Positions 20,371-30,330 of a stretch of 64,000 bases of DNA are shown piece by piece; within the stretch, counting starts at the first letter, position 1; the number at the start of each line of letters is the position of its first letter. The notes beneath the pieces were generated by a model. That model searched no databases, was not told where the DNA came from, and saw only the letters and a list, made by a program, of their open reading frames with translations. This DNA is from an uncultured Spirochaetota bacterium (GTDB lineage Bacteria > Spirochaetota > Brevinematia > Brevinematales > JAOACQ01). The stretch covers positions 96,001-160,000 of the forward strand of contig CAWAOD010000004.1 in NCBI GenBank assembly GCA_963783575.1, read 5' to 3'. The position numbers were made by a program, and so were the translations under genes.

Positions 20371-21363
20371 TCAACTGCCTAATGTAGTCTGGGTTGTTCC
20401 TGTCCAGTAGAATGCATTTCCAGAGCTTTCATACCCTGCGGTATATACCGTGCCGTTATAAACATAGATTGAGTATGCCTTCCCGCCGCCCGGTAATACG
20501 GTCTCTGTTGTTCCCATCCAAAAACAGGCATTTCCAGAGCCGTCATATCCAGCGGTATAAATCGTACCGTTATAAACATAGATTGAGTATGCCTTCCCAC
20601 CGCCCGGTAACACGGTCTCTGTTGTTCCCGTCCAAAAACAGGCATTTCCAGAGCCATCATACCCAGCGGTATAAATCATACCGTTATAAACATAGATTGA
20701 GAATGCACTCCCACCACCTGGCAATATGGTCTCGTTTGTCCCTGTCCAGTAGCAGGCACTATAGTAGCCATCGTTAAAGTCCTGACCGGTTGTATATACA
20801 ATATTGTTAGATACATAGATTGAATATGCATATCCGCCGCCCCATAAGTGTATCCCCTCTACGACCGGTAATAAGGTCTCAATATTTCCTGTCCAGTAGC
20901 AAGGGGTTTCGGATCCATCAGTTCCGGCGGTATAGATCGTACCGTTATTAACAAAGATTGAGTGTGCCAAACTACCGCTGCTACCCGGTAACACGGTCTC
21001 ATTCGTCCCTGTCCAGTAGCAGGCGATACCGCTGGTGCTTCCTGAATATGCGCTGATATCAACCCCACCTGTATAGACCGTTCCATTATAAACATAGATT
21101 GATAATGCTGATCCGCCATTGTTTATACTTGGCAGCCTAGTCATTGCCGTTCCTGTCCAGTAGCAACCGCCATAATAGGTTAGGGAACTGATCCACCCGG
21201 CGGTATAGACCGTTCCATTATATACAAAAATTGATGTTGCATATAATAATAACGATGAACTAGAACTTGATGACATAGAATTTGAAGATGTAGAACAGGC
21301 CGTGATTAAAACACCTGAAACAATTAATAAACCCAAAACAAATAATTTACTATTAAATTTCAT
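20371..21363 (-). CDS. lipoprotein with seven ~38-aa repeats (probable beta-propeller)
   Basis: Lipobox LITAC, Ser linker, 7x SIxVxNGxxYTxG...YWxG. Confidence 0.75.
   Translation of the reverse strand: MKFNSKLFVLGLLIVSGVLITACSTSSNSMSSSSSSSLLLYATSIFVYNGTVYTAGWISSLTYYGGCYWTGTAMTRLPSINNGGSALSIYVYNGTVYTGGVDISAYSGSTSGIACYWTGTNETVLPGSSGSLAHSIFVNNGTIYTAGTDGSETPCYWTGNIETLLPVVEGIHLWGGGYAYSIYVSNNIVYTTGQDFNDGYYSACYWTGTNETILPGGGSAFSIYVYNGMIYTAGYDGSGNACFWTGTTETVLPGGGKAYSIYVYNGTIYTAGYDGSGNACFWMGTTETVLPGGGKAYSIYVYNGTVYTAGYESSGNAFYWTGTTQTTLGS
20390..20760 (-). repeat. near-identical 114-bp coding tandem repeats (about 3 copies)
   Basis: GATTGAGTATGCCTTCCC recurs at 20467 and 20581, with a variant at 20695. 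Confidence 0.85.
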
Positions 21364-21561
21364 AAAAACCTCCATCTTTTATTTGATTCAGGTAAAGAGG
21401 AATTAGTTCCATTATATATTGAATATTTGTATTATTCTTAATAATAATACTAAAAAAAATCAGATCAATCGGAAAAAACTATAGAAAATTTCAATGAAAT
21501 ATACTGAAGATCAATATATTTTTTATTAAAATAAGGTGTCTGTTCATATTTGAATCTCAAA

Positions 21562-24500
21562 TCAATTTTCCAGGACTTTATTTCCACGGGCAAGGTAGTA
21601 CATATATGGAATGATCATCTTATTGGGTTTATTGGAGCCGTCATAAAATATATCGATGATAGGGACATCAAAATCCTTCTGAATCCTCCTGAAAATTGAG
21701 GATGACACCGCTCCGGGACAGCAGAATACGGGGTTTAAGTGAAGGAAGGCATCAGCGATTCCCTGCTTTTTCATATAAAGGACCCTTCCGATATTTATTT
21801 CTGTCTCGCCGGGAATAAAATGCTCGATACCGTATTCCCTGGCAAGGAGATCGCATTCCTCAACTGAAGGCTCGAAATAGCCGTCGATCATACCGCTGAA
21901 AATATCCTCAAACCGGCGCTCAAAGAGGGTGATATGCTGAAGCAGGGTTTTACTGACCCGGCCGTCATGTATGTCGTAATTCAGGAGGCCTGTCGCGTAT
22001 TCCGTAAATGAAGGAATGATGATCTCTCCGCCAAGCTGTCCCACAAGGCTGTAAATGTCCTCATTCAGCAGGGTGTTCCATTTCACGTAAAGGTCGCCGA
22101 TGATCGCGATCCTGGGCTTTGGGACAATATTTACGCTTACCTTCTCAAAGACTTTCCTGATTTTCACGGCGGCTTTCAATATATGCCTGGCCGGGTGCGA
22201 TACCATGACGAGTTCTTTAAGGGCTTTTCTGATGTTGTTTTCTATGGCGGATTTGTCCTCCGCGCCTTCAAGGTTGAAATTAGTCAGCGTCAGGAATAAT
22301 GCGCAGTCCATCAGGAGCTGACCCTGTTCAAAAAGCGAAGGGTTGCCGTTCAGGGCTGTCTTCATAATGTAAAGGGATTCTTCAAGCGCGGCGCGTGAGT
22401 CTCCTTTATGAGTTTCGTATGCGCTGTAATGGAAAAACAGTTTATACAGGATTGATGTTATGATTTTATTGGCGGCAAGTTCAATATAAAGCATCAGCGG
22501 AAGATTGATCTCCGAAGCTATTATGTTTTCCGCCGAGATCCTTATTTCACCGATCCCTGCCTTTGAACAGGCAAGTTTAACGAGTCTTGTAAACTGGGTG
22601 AAGTTGCAGGGAATGCAGGCGGTTGAAAACTGGAAAACACAGCGGGCAGGGTCAAGATTGTTATTTTTTACTGTATTTATGATCGAGCCCAGAATTGCGA
22701 TATTCGGCATGCATTCTCCGCCGGTAGCGTAATTGTAGCCTTCATTTATGTCTTTCTGGCTGGCTTTTAGAATTACGCATTTGTAGCCATGAGCCTCATA
22801 AGCCATCCTGTCAAGCTCGCTCAGGATCGGGCTGATCTCGGCCATCAACAGAATATCTTCTTTCTTTACCCTGTGTTTTGAGACTTCAATGTTCTGCACC
22901 GGTAAAGTTTTTCCGGTCAATTTATTAAAATCATTCCTGAATGCCTCAATTCCGGCTTCTATTCTGGTTTGATACCCGATATCGCTGCCGTGCTCATCCA
23001 GCTGGAGTACCAGATAAGGCTTGCCTATGGAATAGAGTATTTCCCTGAAATATGACAGAACATAGGAATCCGGGCTGCACCTGAAGCATGTAACCAGGAT
23101 CGGATAAATATTACAGTGATTCCGCATTATATCCTGCATAAGTAGGATTTCCTGTCCGTAATGCCAGTGCATGTTTTTTATAAAATCGGGAAGATTGATA
23201 TTATTGAACGGGGATGACCTGAACATGGATTGATGCACAACTTCATATCCCATGGATTCAATCTTCATAGGTATTTCGTTATTCATGACCCTGTCAAAAA
23301 TTGAGTAAGGCCTTCCCAGGAGAAGAATTTTTATTTTGTCCGGTGAGTTCGACAAAATCTCCTGCCCGTAATCCATTAACTTTGACCGCATCCTCTTGAA
23401 TTCCCTGTAAGCTTTATAGAACTCTTCGATAATAGTCTTTTGACTGATATTTGCTATCGGAATAATTACCTTGGCTATTTCTTCGGCGATTGTTTTTATC
23501 CTGCCACCGTTAAATTTAATCAAAGGAGACAGTAGACGCACTTTAAGATTGATGGTCGAGAGGTTTTTCAGGATTGTGGGAGCGTAAACGGAATAATAGC
23601 AGAAATAGCAATCTGTTTTTCTTTCCGATAACCTGATTTCTTTACTGAAGAGATCTATAGGGCTTTTTTCATTCAGGACAGACGGGAAAAAAATGTAATC
23701 AACTTTTTTATCCAGTAGTTTTTTAACCTGCCCATGAGCGATATTGATCGGAGCGCAAAAATCCGAATTAATCAGGGGTTTACCTTCCTTAATTGTATCT
23801 CCGCCGCTATGTTCCACAATTGTCCTTATCCCCAGGTTATTGAAAAAAAGCCTGAAAAGGGGATAATATTCTTCCATATAAACCGCGGTCGGAAGTCCGA
23901 TTAAAAGCCCAGTATCAACTTTTAAATCCGGGACTCTGAATATTTCATTCCTAGACTTCTCCAGTTTTGAAACATTCAGAATGGCTCTCGCTTTTCCATC
24001 CTCATATTCCCTTCCGCATTTAAGTCCCCAGGCGGTTTTTTTAGAGCCTGTGTCATAAACTGTTAGCTGGCAACTGTTGAAACACAGGCCGCATGTTTCA
24101 TTGAAGGCTGTAAACCGGAATTCCATTTTTGACATTCTGGATTCTTTTAAATCTTTACGCATAATATCCAAAGCGGCACCCAGAACTCCTGTCAGGTGGC
24201 AAAACCTGCTGACCGAAATTGGCCTTCCGATTCTGCTCTGGAACACTGCCACAAGGGCTTTATTCCTTGCTGTCGCGCCCTGGAAATATACTTTTTTGCC
24301 GATAGGTGTTTTCCCAACGACCTTGGAGAGGTAATTGTCCTTCACACTGTAAAGAACCGCCGTTATAATCTGCGCCTTTGTCCATCCTTCGGCGAGCAGT
24401 GTGTTCAGGTCCCTTTCCATATAAACGGTACAGCGGTCAGAAGTAAACGGTGCGGCGCTTCCATCGGCCATACCGGGAATATCATCCAGCCCGATTCCCA

Positions 24501-25845
24501 GCCGGGAAGCCTGCTCTTCGATAAAAAAGCCCGTACCCGCGGCGCAGACATAGTTCATCGCCGAATGAACAACCTCGCCGTTTTCAATAACCGTGAATTT
24601 TGAATCCTGTCCCCCGATTTCAATGATTGTATCCACATCGGGGTCCAGAAATACAGCTCCGTATGCATGGGCGGAAATCTCATTCAGCGAGCCGTCAGTA
24701 CCGACAACTTCCCGGATCAGTTCCCTTCCGGAACCGGTGGTCTGGCAGCCTTTGATTGTAATATGAGCCTTTCCGAATAATTTTTCCAGTTTACCCATGA
24801 GCAGGCTTACAGCGCTTACTGGATCGCCTTTTGTCCTGGTATACATCCCTGTTAAAATCTCTTTTTCTTCCGACAGTACTATAAGTTTGGTGCTTGTTGA
24901 ACCGATATCAATTCCAATATAAACCCCAAACTCACTTTTTATCAAATCCTTATAAACGGTTATTTCCACCCCATCCTCGGCAATGGTTTTATCTCTCGAA
25001 AAATCCGGATAATCCGGCAAATTGATTAACAGGTTTTCCCTGGTATTCCTTCCTTTCTTAATCTGGTCCATTACGGAGTCTATATCAAAGCTTAACTCCT
25101 TTCCCAGTAGTGCTGCGCCTATAGCGCTCAAACATTGGTTTTCCTTCGGTACTATGGCTTCCGACCCAAGCAGGCTGCTAATTTCCGCGGCGATCTTGCG
25201 GTTGCAGCTTACCCCACCCGCAAGAATGATTGGAGGATCAATTTTCTTTCCCCTGACAACATTTTCCAGGATGCTCCTTGCCACACCTTCGCATATCCCG
25301 GCCGCAATCGCCTCTCGCGAATAGCCAAGCGCCTGGGCATGGATTATATCAGTTTTGGCGAATACAGCGCACCTTGTCGCGATTGCCGGCGTCCTGCCCT
25401 TGAAGATGAAGGCCTTCTCCGCGAGTTCTTCCGAACTATATCCGATCCTCTCCGCCTGCTGGTCGATAAAACCGCCCGTCCCTGAGGCACAGTCCGAATT
25501 CATCGAATGTTCCAGATAACCGCCGTTTCTGTCAAGCCTTATAAGATAAAAATTCTCACAGCCTATTGAAAGGATTGTCCCCGCGTTAAGCTTAAGAAAA
25601 AGGTTTGCCTGAACTGCTGCCACAACCGGATGGATTACCTCAAGCGCCGGGATTTCGAAATTCCCGCAAAGCCCGATACTTTCTACGGTATCCCTACTGT
25701 AAATAGAATAAATTTCTTCAAGAATCCGGTTCATATGTAAAGGAATGTCGCCTTCATTAGCCATGCTGCCGGATTCGACAACCTTATCATTATCAATCAA
25801 AGCGAAATGTATATTCTTTGATCCGAAATCCAATCCCAGTTTCAT
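21562..25845 (-). CDS. acyl-CoA dehydratase activase-related multidomain protein (2x BcrAD/BadFG plus DUF2229-like)
   Basis: GLDFGS, CASGTG.FIDQQA, RCAVFAK, GIDIGSTSTK, EIGGQDSK, CAAGTG, DEH..G..TRIEA. Confidence 0.9.
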   Translation of the reverse strand: MKLGLDFGSKNIHFALIDNDKVVESGSMANEGDIPLHMNRILEEIYSIYSRDTVESIGLCGNFEIPALEVIHPVVAAVQANLFLKLNAGTILSIGCENFYLIRLDRNGGYLEHSMNSDCASGTGGFIDQQAERIGYSSEELAEKAFIFKGRTPAIATRCAVFAKTDIIHAQALGYSREAIAAGICEGVARSILENVVRGKKIDPPIILAGGVSCNRKIAAEISSLLGSEAIVPKENQCLSAIGAALLGKELSFDIDSVMDQIKKGRNTRENLLINLPDYPDFSRDKTIAEDGVEITVYKDLIKSEFGVYIGIDIGSTSTKLIVLSEEKEILTGMYTRTKGDPVSAVSLLMGKLEKLFGKAHITIKGCQTTGSGRELIREVVGTDGSLNEISAHAYGAVFLDPDVDTIIEIGGQDSKFTVIENGEVVHSAMNYVCAAGTGFFIEEQASRLGIGLDDIPGMADGSAAPFTSDRCTVYMERDLNTLLAEGWTKAQIITAVLYSVKDNYLSKVVGKTPIGKKVYFQGATARNKALVAVFQSRIGRPISVSRFCHLTGVLGAALDIMRKDLKESRMSKMEFRFTAFNETCGLCFNSCQLTVYDTGSKKTAWGLKCGREYEDGKARAILNVSKLEKSRNEIFRVPDLKVDTGLLIGLPTAVYMEEYYPLFRLFFNNLGIRTIVEHSGGDTIKEGKPLINSDFCAPINIAHGQVKKLLDKKVDYIFFPSVLNEKSPIDLFSKEIRLSERKTDCYFCYYSVYAPTILKNLSTINLKVRLLSPLIKFNGGRIKTIAEEIAKVIIPIANISQKTIIEEFYKAYREFKRMRSKLMDYGQEILSNSPDKIKILLLGRPYSIFDRVMNNEIPMKIESMGYEVVHQSMFRSSPFNNINLPDFIKNMHWHYGQEILLMQDIMRNHCNIYPILVTCFRCSPDSYVLSYFREILYSIGKPYLVLQLDEHGSDIGYQTRIEAGIEAFRNDFNKLTGKTLPVQNIEVSKHRVKKEDILLMAEISPILSELDRMAYEAHGYKCVILKASQKDINEGYNYATGGECMPNIAILGSIINTVKNNNLDPARCVFQFSTACIPCNFTQFTRLVKLACSKAGIGEIRISAENIIASEINLPLMLYIELAANKIITSILYKLFFHYSAYETHKGDSRAALEESLYIMKTALNGNPSLFEQGQLLMDCALFLTLTNFNLEGAEDKSAIENNIRKALKELVMVSHPARHILKAAVKIRKVFEKVSVNIVPKPRIAIIGDLYVKWNTLLNEDIYSLVGQLGGEIIIPSFTEYATGLLNYDIHDGRVSKTLLQHITLFERRFEDIFSGMIDGYFEPSVEECDLLAREYGIEHFIPGETEINIGRVLYMKKQGIADAFLHLNPVFCCPGAVSSSIFRRIQKDFDVPIIDIFYDGSNKPNKMIIPYMYYLARGNKVLEN

Positions 25846-25926
25846 TATGAATCCCCCTCAAAACGGTATATTGCTTTCCCCTGTGTCATTCCGATTCCTT
25901 CTAATTGTTGTTCTTGTGAGGAATCT

Positions 25927-26070
25927 CCTGCAACATCGTGTTGCTTGGCGAACTAATGTTCGCCACTGTCTGTTTAGTAAAATAAAAGCTCTCATGGAAC
26001 ATCCTTTTCCTGTGGTTTCTTGCAGAACTATGCGCAATCGTTGTGCTGGCGAACTGATGTTCACAACTAG
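25927..26070 (-). repeat. modular palindromic intergenic repeat, copy 2
   Basis: Minus strand GGAAAAGGATGTTCCATGAGAGC then GACAGTGGCGAACATTAGTTCGCCAAGCAACACGATGTTGCAGG, with a degenerate unit upstream. Confidence 0.7.
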
Positions 26071-26499
26071 CTGCTTAGTAAAACTAAAGATTTCATTGTG
26101 TGTCCTTGGGTTTACTGAAAAATGAGTTAAAATTTGATAACAATAATCAACCTTTTATAATTGCATTTATAACTCATTGTTATAAAATAGGATATGACAC
26201 CAATAGAATACTGTTTATTAAACATATTAAGTTTTATGCTGATTTTCAGTGAACCCGTCCTTGTGTCCATGGTTTATTAGTTTATTATAAGCTTTCAATT
26301 AGGGTTTAAACCAGTAATATCACAATTATTAACGCATATAAATAAAAAAGCATGAATGGACAGTTTCTGAGAGGAAGTTTTGAATTAATTTGTAATTGAG
26401 ATTATAATGAAAAACCAGATAAAATAGCAAAATAATCTAATAAATTATTGTAATGGCAATTCACACAAAAAATATACTTCTCTAAAATTTTTATGTCGA

Positions 26500-27633
26500 T
26501 CATTGGTTTTTAATCCCGAAAGATATTCTCGATCCAGCCATATAGTGAGGCGTTCCGCTATTGTTGTATTTATGCCCCCACCGCGGGGTATAACCGTATA
26601 CCAGCCATCCTTCCCTGCCTTCATCGCTGTCAAAGATTATGGCTGACTGCCAGGAAAGTGATTTTCCCGGCATTGCCACGGCATAATCCCTTATAAGCAT
26701 TTCAGGTTCCGACCATTCGATCCCGTTATCGGAATAGCTGATATAAATACCGCTGTTTTTAAGCCCTGTATTATAATAATATTCTTTCCAGTAATTTATA
26801 TTCAAGGTCATTACATATTTGCCGATATATTTCGAATAAAACACATGCGGAAATATAGCTTCGGCTTTATCGTGCTTCATAGCCGATAATACCGGTGTGT
26901 CAAGCCCTCCGATACCGGGCTGGGAAAAGCTTCCATTATAATATTTCTTCCATGAGCCGGGCATCGGAATACCTTTTGTTATGCATGCCCTTGCAAGACA
27001 AACCTGTTCGCCGCGTCCATCCTGGCGTGAAAGTTCAGTGTAGTAAGCGTAAAGATAGACTCCATTTGTTTCCAGGACCAGCCCAGGTTCCGCCGCTCCG
27101 CGGTCTGCCTGGCCGCTGTAATATGTCCATTCCTTCGGTTTGGAACTGGTAATAACCGGCCCGGCTTTTTCCCAGGTTTCACCGTTATTGGTGGACAGGG
27201 CCAGGCCGATCCTTGCGTAAAACCCAGGAATTCCTCCGCCGATCGGGGGCATCCCTTCCTGGTCTTCAGCATGGTAAACCGCGATCCAGCAGTTATTTGA
27301 ATATTGATAAGCCCCGCTGATTCCGGCATAGCCGTTGTCGAAAGTTCCTGGTTTTCCGGGTCGTAGGACTTCCCTTGAATTGGTCAGATGTTCAATATCG
27401 CTACCTTCGACGAGGAATGTAGCTTTGGCGGCAGTTATGAGGATTCTGTAAACCGGTTTTTTAGAAAGAACAACTGCGGCCTCATCCGGGAAATAATCCA
27501 GTCCAAGCCCCCCGCTTGAAAGCAGGGTTTTACGCTCGCCGAGAGTTATGCTAATATCGGCCGGAGATAATGCAGATAAAGAATTGAGAGAGGAAAAAAC
27601 ACATACAATTAATAGATAAAAATAGGTTTTCAT
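26500..27633 (-). CDS. secreted five-bladed beta-propeller glycoside hydrolase-like protein
   Basis: Signal peptide, FDNGYAG, YHAED, IGLALSTNNGETW, AEP, YSDNGIEWSEP. Confidence 0.6.
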   Translation of the reverse strand: MKTYFYLLIVCVFSSLNSLSALSPADISITLGERKTLLSSGGLGLDYFPDEAAVVLSKKPVYRILITAAKATFLVEGSDIEHLTNSREVLRPGKPGTFDNGYAGISGAYQYSNNCWIAVYHAEDQEGMPPIGGGIPGFYARIGLALSTNNGETWEKAGPVITSSKPKEWTYYSGQADRGAAEPGLVLETNGVYLYAYYTELSRQDGRGEQVCLARACITKGIPMPGSWKKYYNGSFSQPGIGGLDTPVLSAMKHDKAEAIFPHVFYSKYIGKYVMTLNINYWKEYYYNTGLKNSGIYISYSDNGIEWSEPEMLIRDYAVAMPGKSLSWQSAIIFDSDEGREGWLVYGYTPRWGHKYNNSGTPHYMAGSRISFGIKNQ

Positions 27634-27898
27634 ACATTGCTCCTGATTTTAATTATTTTAAATCTGACCGGGAAACTTTTCAAAAAAGCAAAGATGAATC
27701 TTTTGTTTTTAATTGTTTCATTTATTATTGATGAGTTTTATCTTTTTTTCGCTGCTTGATTAACCGCAAAATATAATCAAAATTGATAGCAAGATGAATT
27801 ATAATCTAAGGCAAGTAAAAATGCAATCAAAAATCAATAACTTCTGAAATTATAAGAGCCCTATTATATTTTTCATCTTTTCTTCTCTATAAAGAATG

Positions 27899-28759
27899 CT
27901 ATTTTTCTTTCCACTCCGATATTTCTTCCAGAATATTGACCCTGTCAGACGCATCCTGGGTTTTGATAACCAGGCCGCGTTCCGAATCCTCGATCCAGAA
28001 AAACAATTTTTTTGAATAATTTTCCAGCAGCTTTCCAAGGAAAGGATCGGCTGGTTCTCCTCCCACTTTAATGGTATTGAACCTTCCGGCTTTTGTCTCT
28101 ATTACTTCCCGGCCTTTAATCTCAAAATATACCGGAATAGGTTCCTTGATTATATCAGAAACCAGATATATAATTCCGTTTTTATTATAATCAAATAATC
28201 TGGCCCCGATAAACCCTAAAGACTCGAGATTCTGGACTGGAAAATCCGGTTTAATTTTTATACGGCTTGATTTTGATTTAATTTCTTCCCCATCCCAGAC
28301 TTGCTCTTTGTAATCAACCTGTCCTTTAGTTTTGTCAACCAGAAATTCACCTTCTATTCTTCCTTTGAAATTATTGGATATTAATGATTTTAACTGATCC
28401 TGAAAATCAATCCGGTTATATATTAAGGAACCATCCTCAAGGTCAATTGCAAATTTCCTGTGGTAATTTGTGTAATTTTCAGGAAGTTTAAAATCTGATT
28501 TAAGCTCAATTCCTTCCCTGTATAAAAATAGCTTTTTCCCATCGGGCGAAACCCGGGTTACCAGATAAAAATCGACGGTTTTCTCACCGGATTGATACTG
28601 GCTGTATTTCAAATACTCTCTGTCTTTAATGACCAGCTTTTTCGGCTTCATAGGGACCATTATGATTTCTTTTGTACCCATCGGGAAACAAACCGAAATT
28701 TGCATTATAAGAAGCATAATTCCTATCAGAAGGAATTTAATTCCGGATATTTTTTGCAT
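27899..28759 (-). CDS. secreted DUF3108-like protein, paralogue 2
   Basis: GREVIETKAGRFNTIKV..FWI; near-identical to 28851-29714. Confidence 0.6.
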   Translation of the reverse strand: MQKISGIKFLLIGIMLLIMQISVCFPMGTKEIIMVPMKPKKLVIKDREYLKYSQYQSGEKTVDFYLVTRVSPDGKKLFLYREGIELKSDFKLPENYTNYHRKFAIDLEDGSLIYNRIDFQDQLKSLISNNFKGRIEGEFLVDKTKGQVDYKEQVWDGEEIKSKSSRIKIKPDFPVQNLESLGFIGARLFDYNKNGIIYLVSDIIKEPIPVYFEIKGREVIETKAGRFNTIKVGGEPADPFLGKLLENYSKKLFFWIEDSERGLVIKTQDASDRVNILEEISEWKEK

Positions 28760-28850
28760 TTAACTCTCCTGAAATTTATTCTATTTTAAAAGTGAATTTT
28801 GTAATTTATTCTATTAGAGATCATTATATACAGGCACTCCGGTGAAATGC

Positions 28851-29714
28851 TTACTTTTCTTTCCACTGAGATATTTCTTCCAGGATATTAACTTTGTCAT
28901 CAGCGTCCTGGGTTTTAATAACCAGGCCGCGCTCCGAGTCCTCGATCCAGAAAAACATTTTTTTTGAATAATTTTCAAGCAGTTTTCCAAGGAAGGGGTC
29001 TGCGGATTCCCCTCCAACTTTTATAGTGTTGAATCTTCCGGCTTTTGTCTCTATTACTTCCCGGCCTTTTATCTCGAAATAACAGGGAACAGGTTCTTTT
29101 ACAGCCCCAGGAGCCACCAGATATATAATTCCATTTTTGGAATAATCAAATAATCTGGCTCCGATAAAACCTAAAGAATCGATGTCCAGAATCGGAAAAT
29201 CCGGTTTAATTTTTATCCGGCTGGTTCTTATCTTAATTTCTTCCCCATCCCAGATTTGCTCTTTATAATCTGCCCGTTCTTTTATTTTGTCAATCAGTAG
29301 TTCACTCTCAATTTTCCCTTTGAAATTGTTGGATATTAACGATTTTATCTGATACAGAAAATCATCCTGATGATATATTAAGGAAGCATCATCAAGGCTG
29401 ATTATAAATTTCCTGTGATAATTCGTGTAATTTTCAGGAAGTTTAAAATCTGATTTAAGCTCAATCCCTTCTCTATATAAAAAGAGTTTTTTCCCATCCT
29501 GCGAAAGCCGGGTTACAAGATAAAAATCCGTGGTTTTCTCACCGGATTCATACTTACTGTATTTCAAATACTCCCCATCTTTGATTACAAGTTTTTTCGG
29601 CTTCATAGGTACATTTACAATTTCTTTTAAGCCCATCGGGAAACAAACCGAGCTTTGAATTATAAGAAAGATAATCCCGATCATATAAATCTTAAAAATA
29701 ACCATTTTTTGCAT
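28851..29714 (-). CDS. secreted DUF3108-like protein, paralogue 1
   Basis: Same motifs as the adjacent paralogue; CAGGAGAG RBS. Confidence 0.6.
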   Translation of the reverse strand: MQKMVIFKIYMIGIIFLIIQSSVCFPMGLKEIVNVPMKPKKLVIKDGEYLKYSKYESGEKTTDFYLVTRLSQDGKKLFLYREGIELKSDFKLPENYTNYHRKFIISLDDASLIYHQDDFLYQIKSLISNNFKGKIESELLIDKIKERADYKEQIWDGEEIKIRTSRIKIKPDFPILDIDSLGFIGARLFDYSKNGIIYLVAPGAVKEPVPCYFEIKGREVIETKAGRFNTIKVGGESADPFLGKLLENYSKKMFFWIEDSERGLVIKTQDADDKVNILEEISQWKEK

Positions 29715-29734
29715 TTGACTCTCCTGAAAATTTC

Positions 29735-30049
29735 CTATTTTAAAAGTAAAATTATACCAATCACAACAGTAATTGATCCAAAAATATTATATGCATTAAT
29801 TTTTTCCCTGAATATAAGGTAAGACATAATTCCGACAATTGCAATACAGGCTCCTGAAAATATCGGGTAAGCAATACTCATATTTATGTTTTTTAGAGCT
29901 TTTGTAAAAAAGAAAGCATTTACACCCCCAAATAATAATCCTGATGAAAAAACTATATACCATATAAAATCATTCTGCCGGTTTGCTATGCTTTTATATA
30001 GAAACTGGGAAATCATATTAAAAGCAATCGATAAAAATAAATAGCCCAT
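29735..30049 (-). CDS. SMR/DMT-family small membrane transporter
   Basis: Four TM helices, ALK.INMSIAYPIFSG, FRE. Confidence 0.8.
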   Translation of the reverse strand: MGYLFLSIAFNMISQFLYKSIANRQNDFIWYIVFSSGLLFGGVNAFFFTKALKNINMSIAYPIFSGACIAIVGIMSYLIFREKINAYNIFGSITVVIGIILLLK

Positions 30050-30330
30050 AATCAACTCTTGAATAATTTCTTCAACAAGCGTGCCGCTTGATCCGGGTAT
30101 GATTCCCCGCAGTTTACTGCGTTAGCTATCAAGTTGGCCTCCCATTATACTGTATTTATAATACACCACAGCTTCGGGGATAGTTTATTACAAATTTTAT
30201 AATTATAATGTAATATTTTCAATACGCTTTTCGGGTGAATTTAAGGGAATTTTAAAAAATCACCCCTTCGGGTTATTTCAGGTAAAACTATTTTTTTAGG
30301 AAATGATTTATTATTGTTTTAATAACAGGT

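Noticed and set aside
20390..20760. Regular repeats as a CRISPR array or DGR template
   Set aside because: 114-bp in-frame coding repeats with no unique spacers; no cas or reverse transcriptase gene in the window
25745..26125. ORFs 25858-26064 (-) and 25745-26125 (+)
   Set aside because: They overlie the palindromic repeat element and show no protein motifs
27899..29714. Paralogue pair as DGR template/variable regions
   Set aside because: Both are full genes, differences are not adenine-specific, and no reverse transcriptase is present
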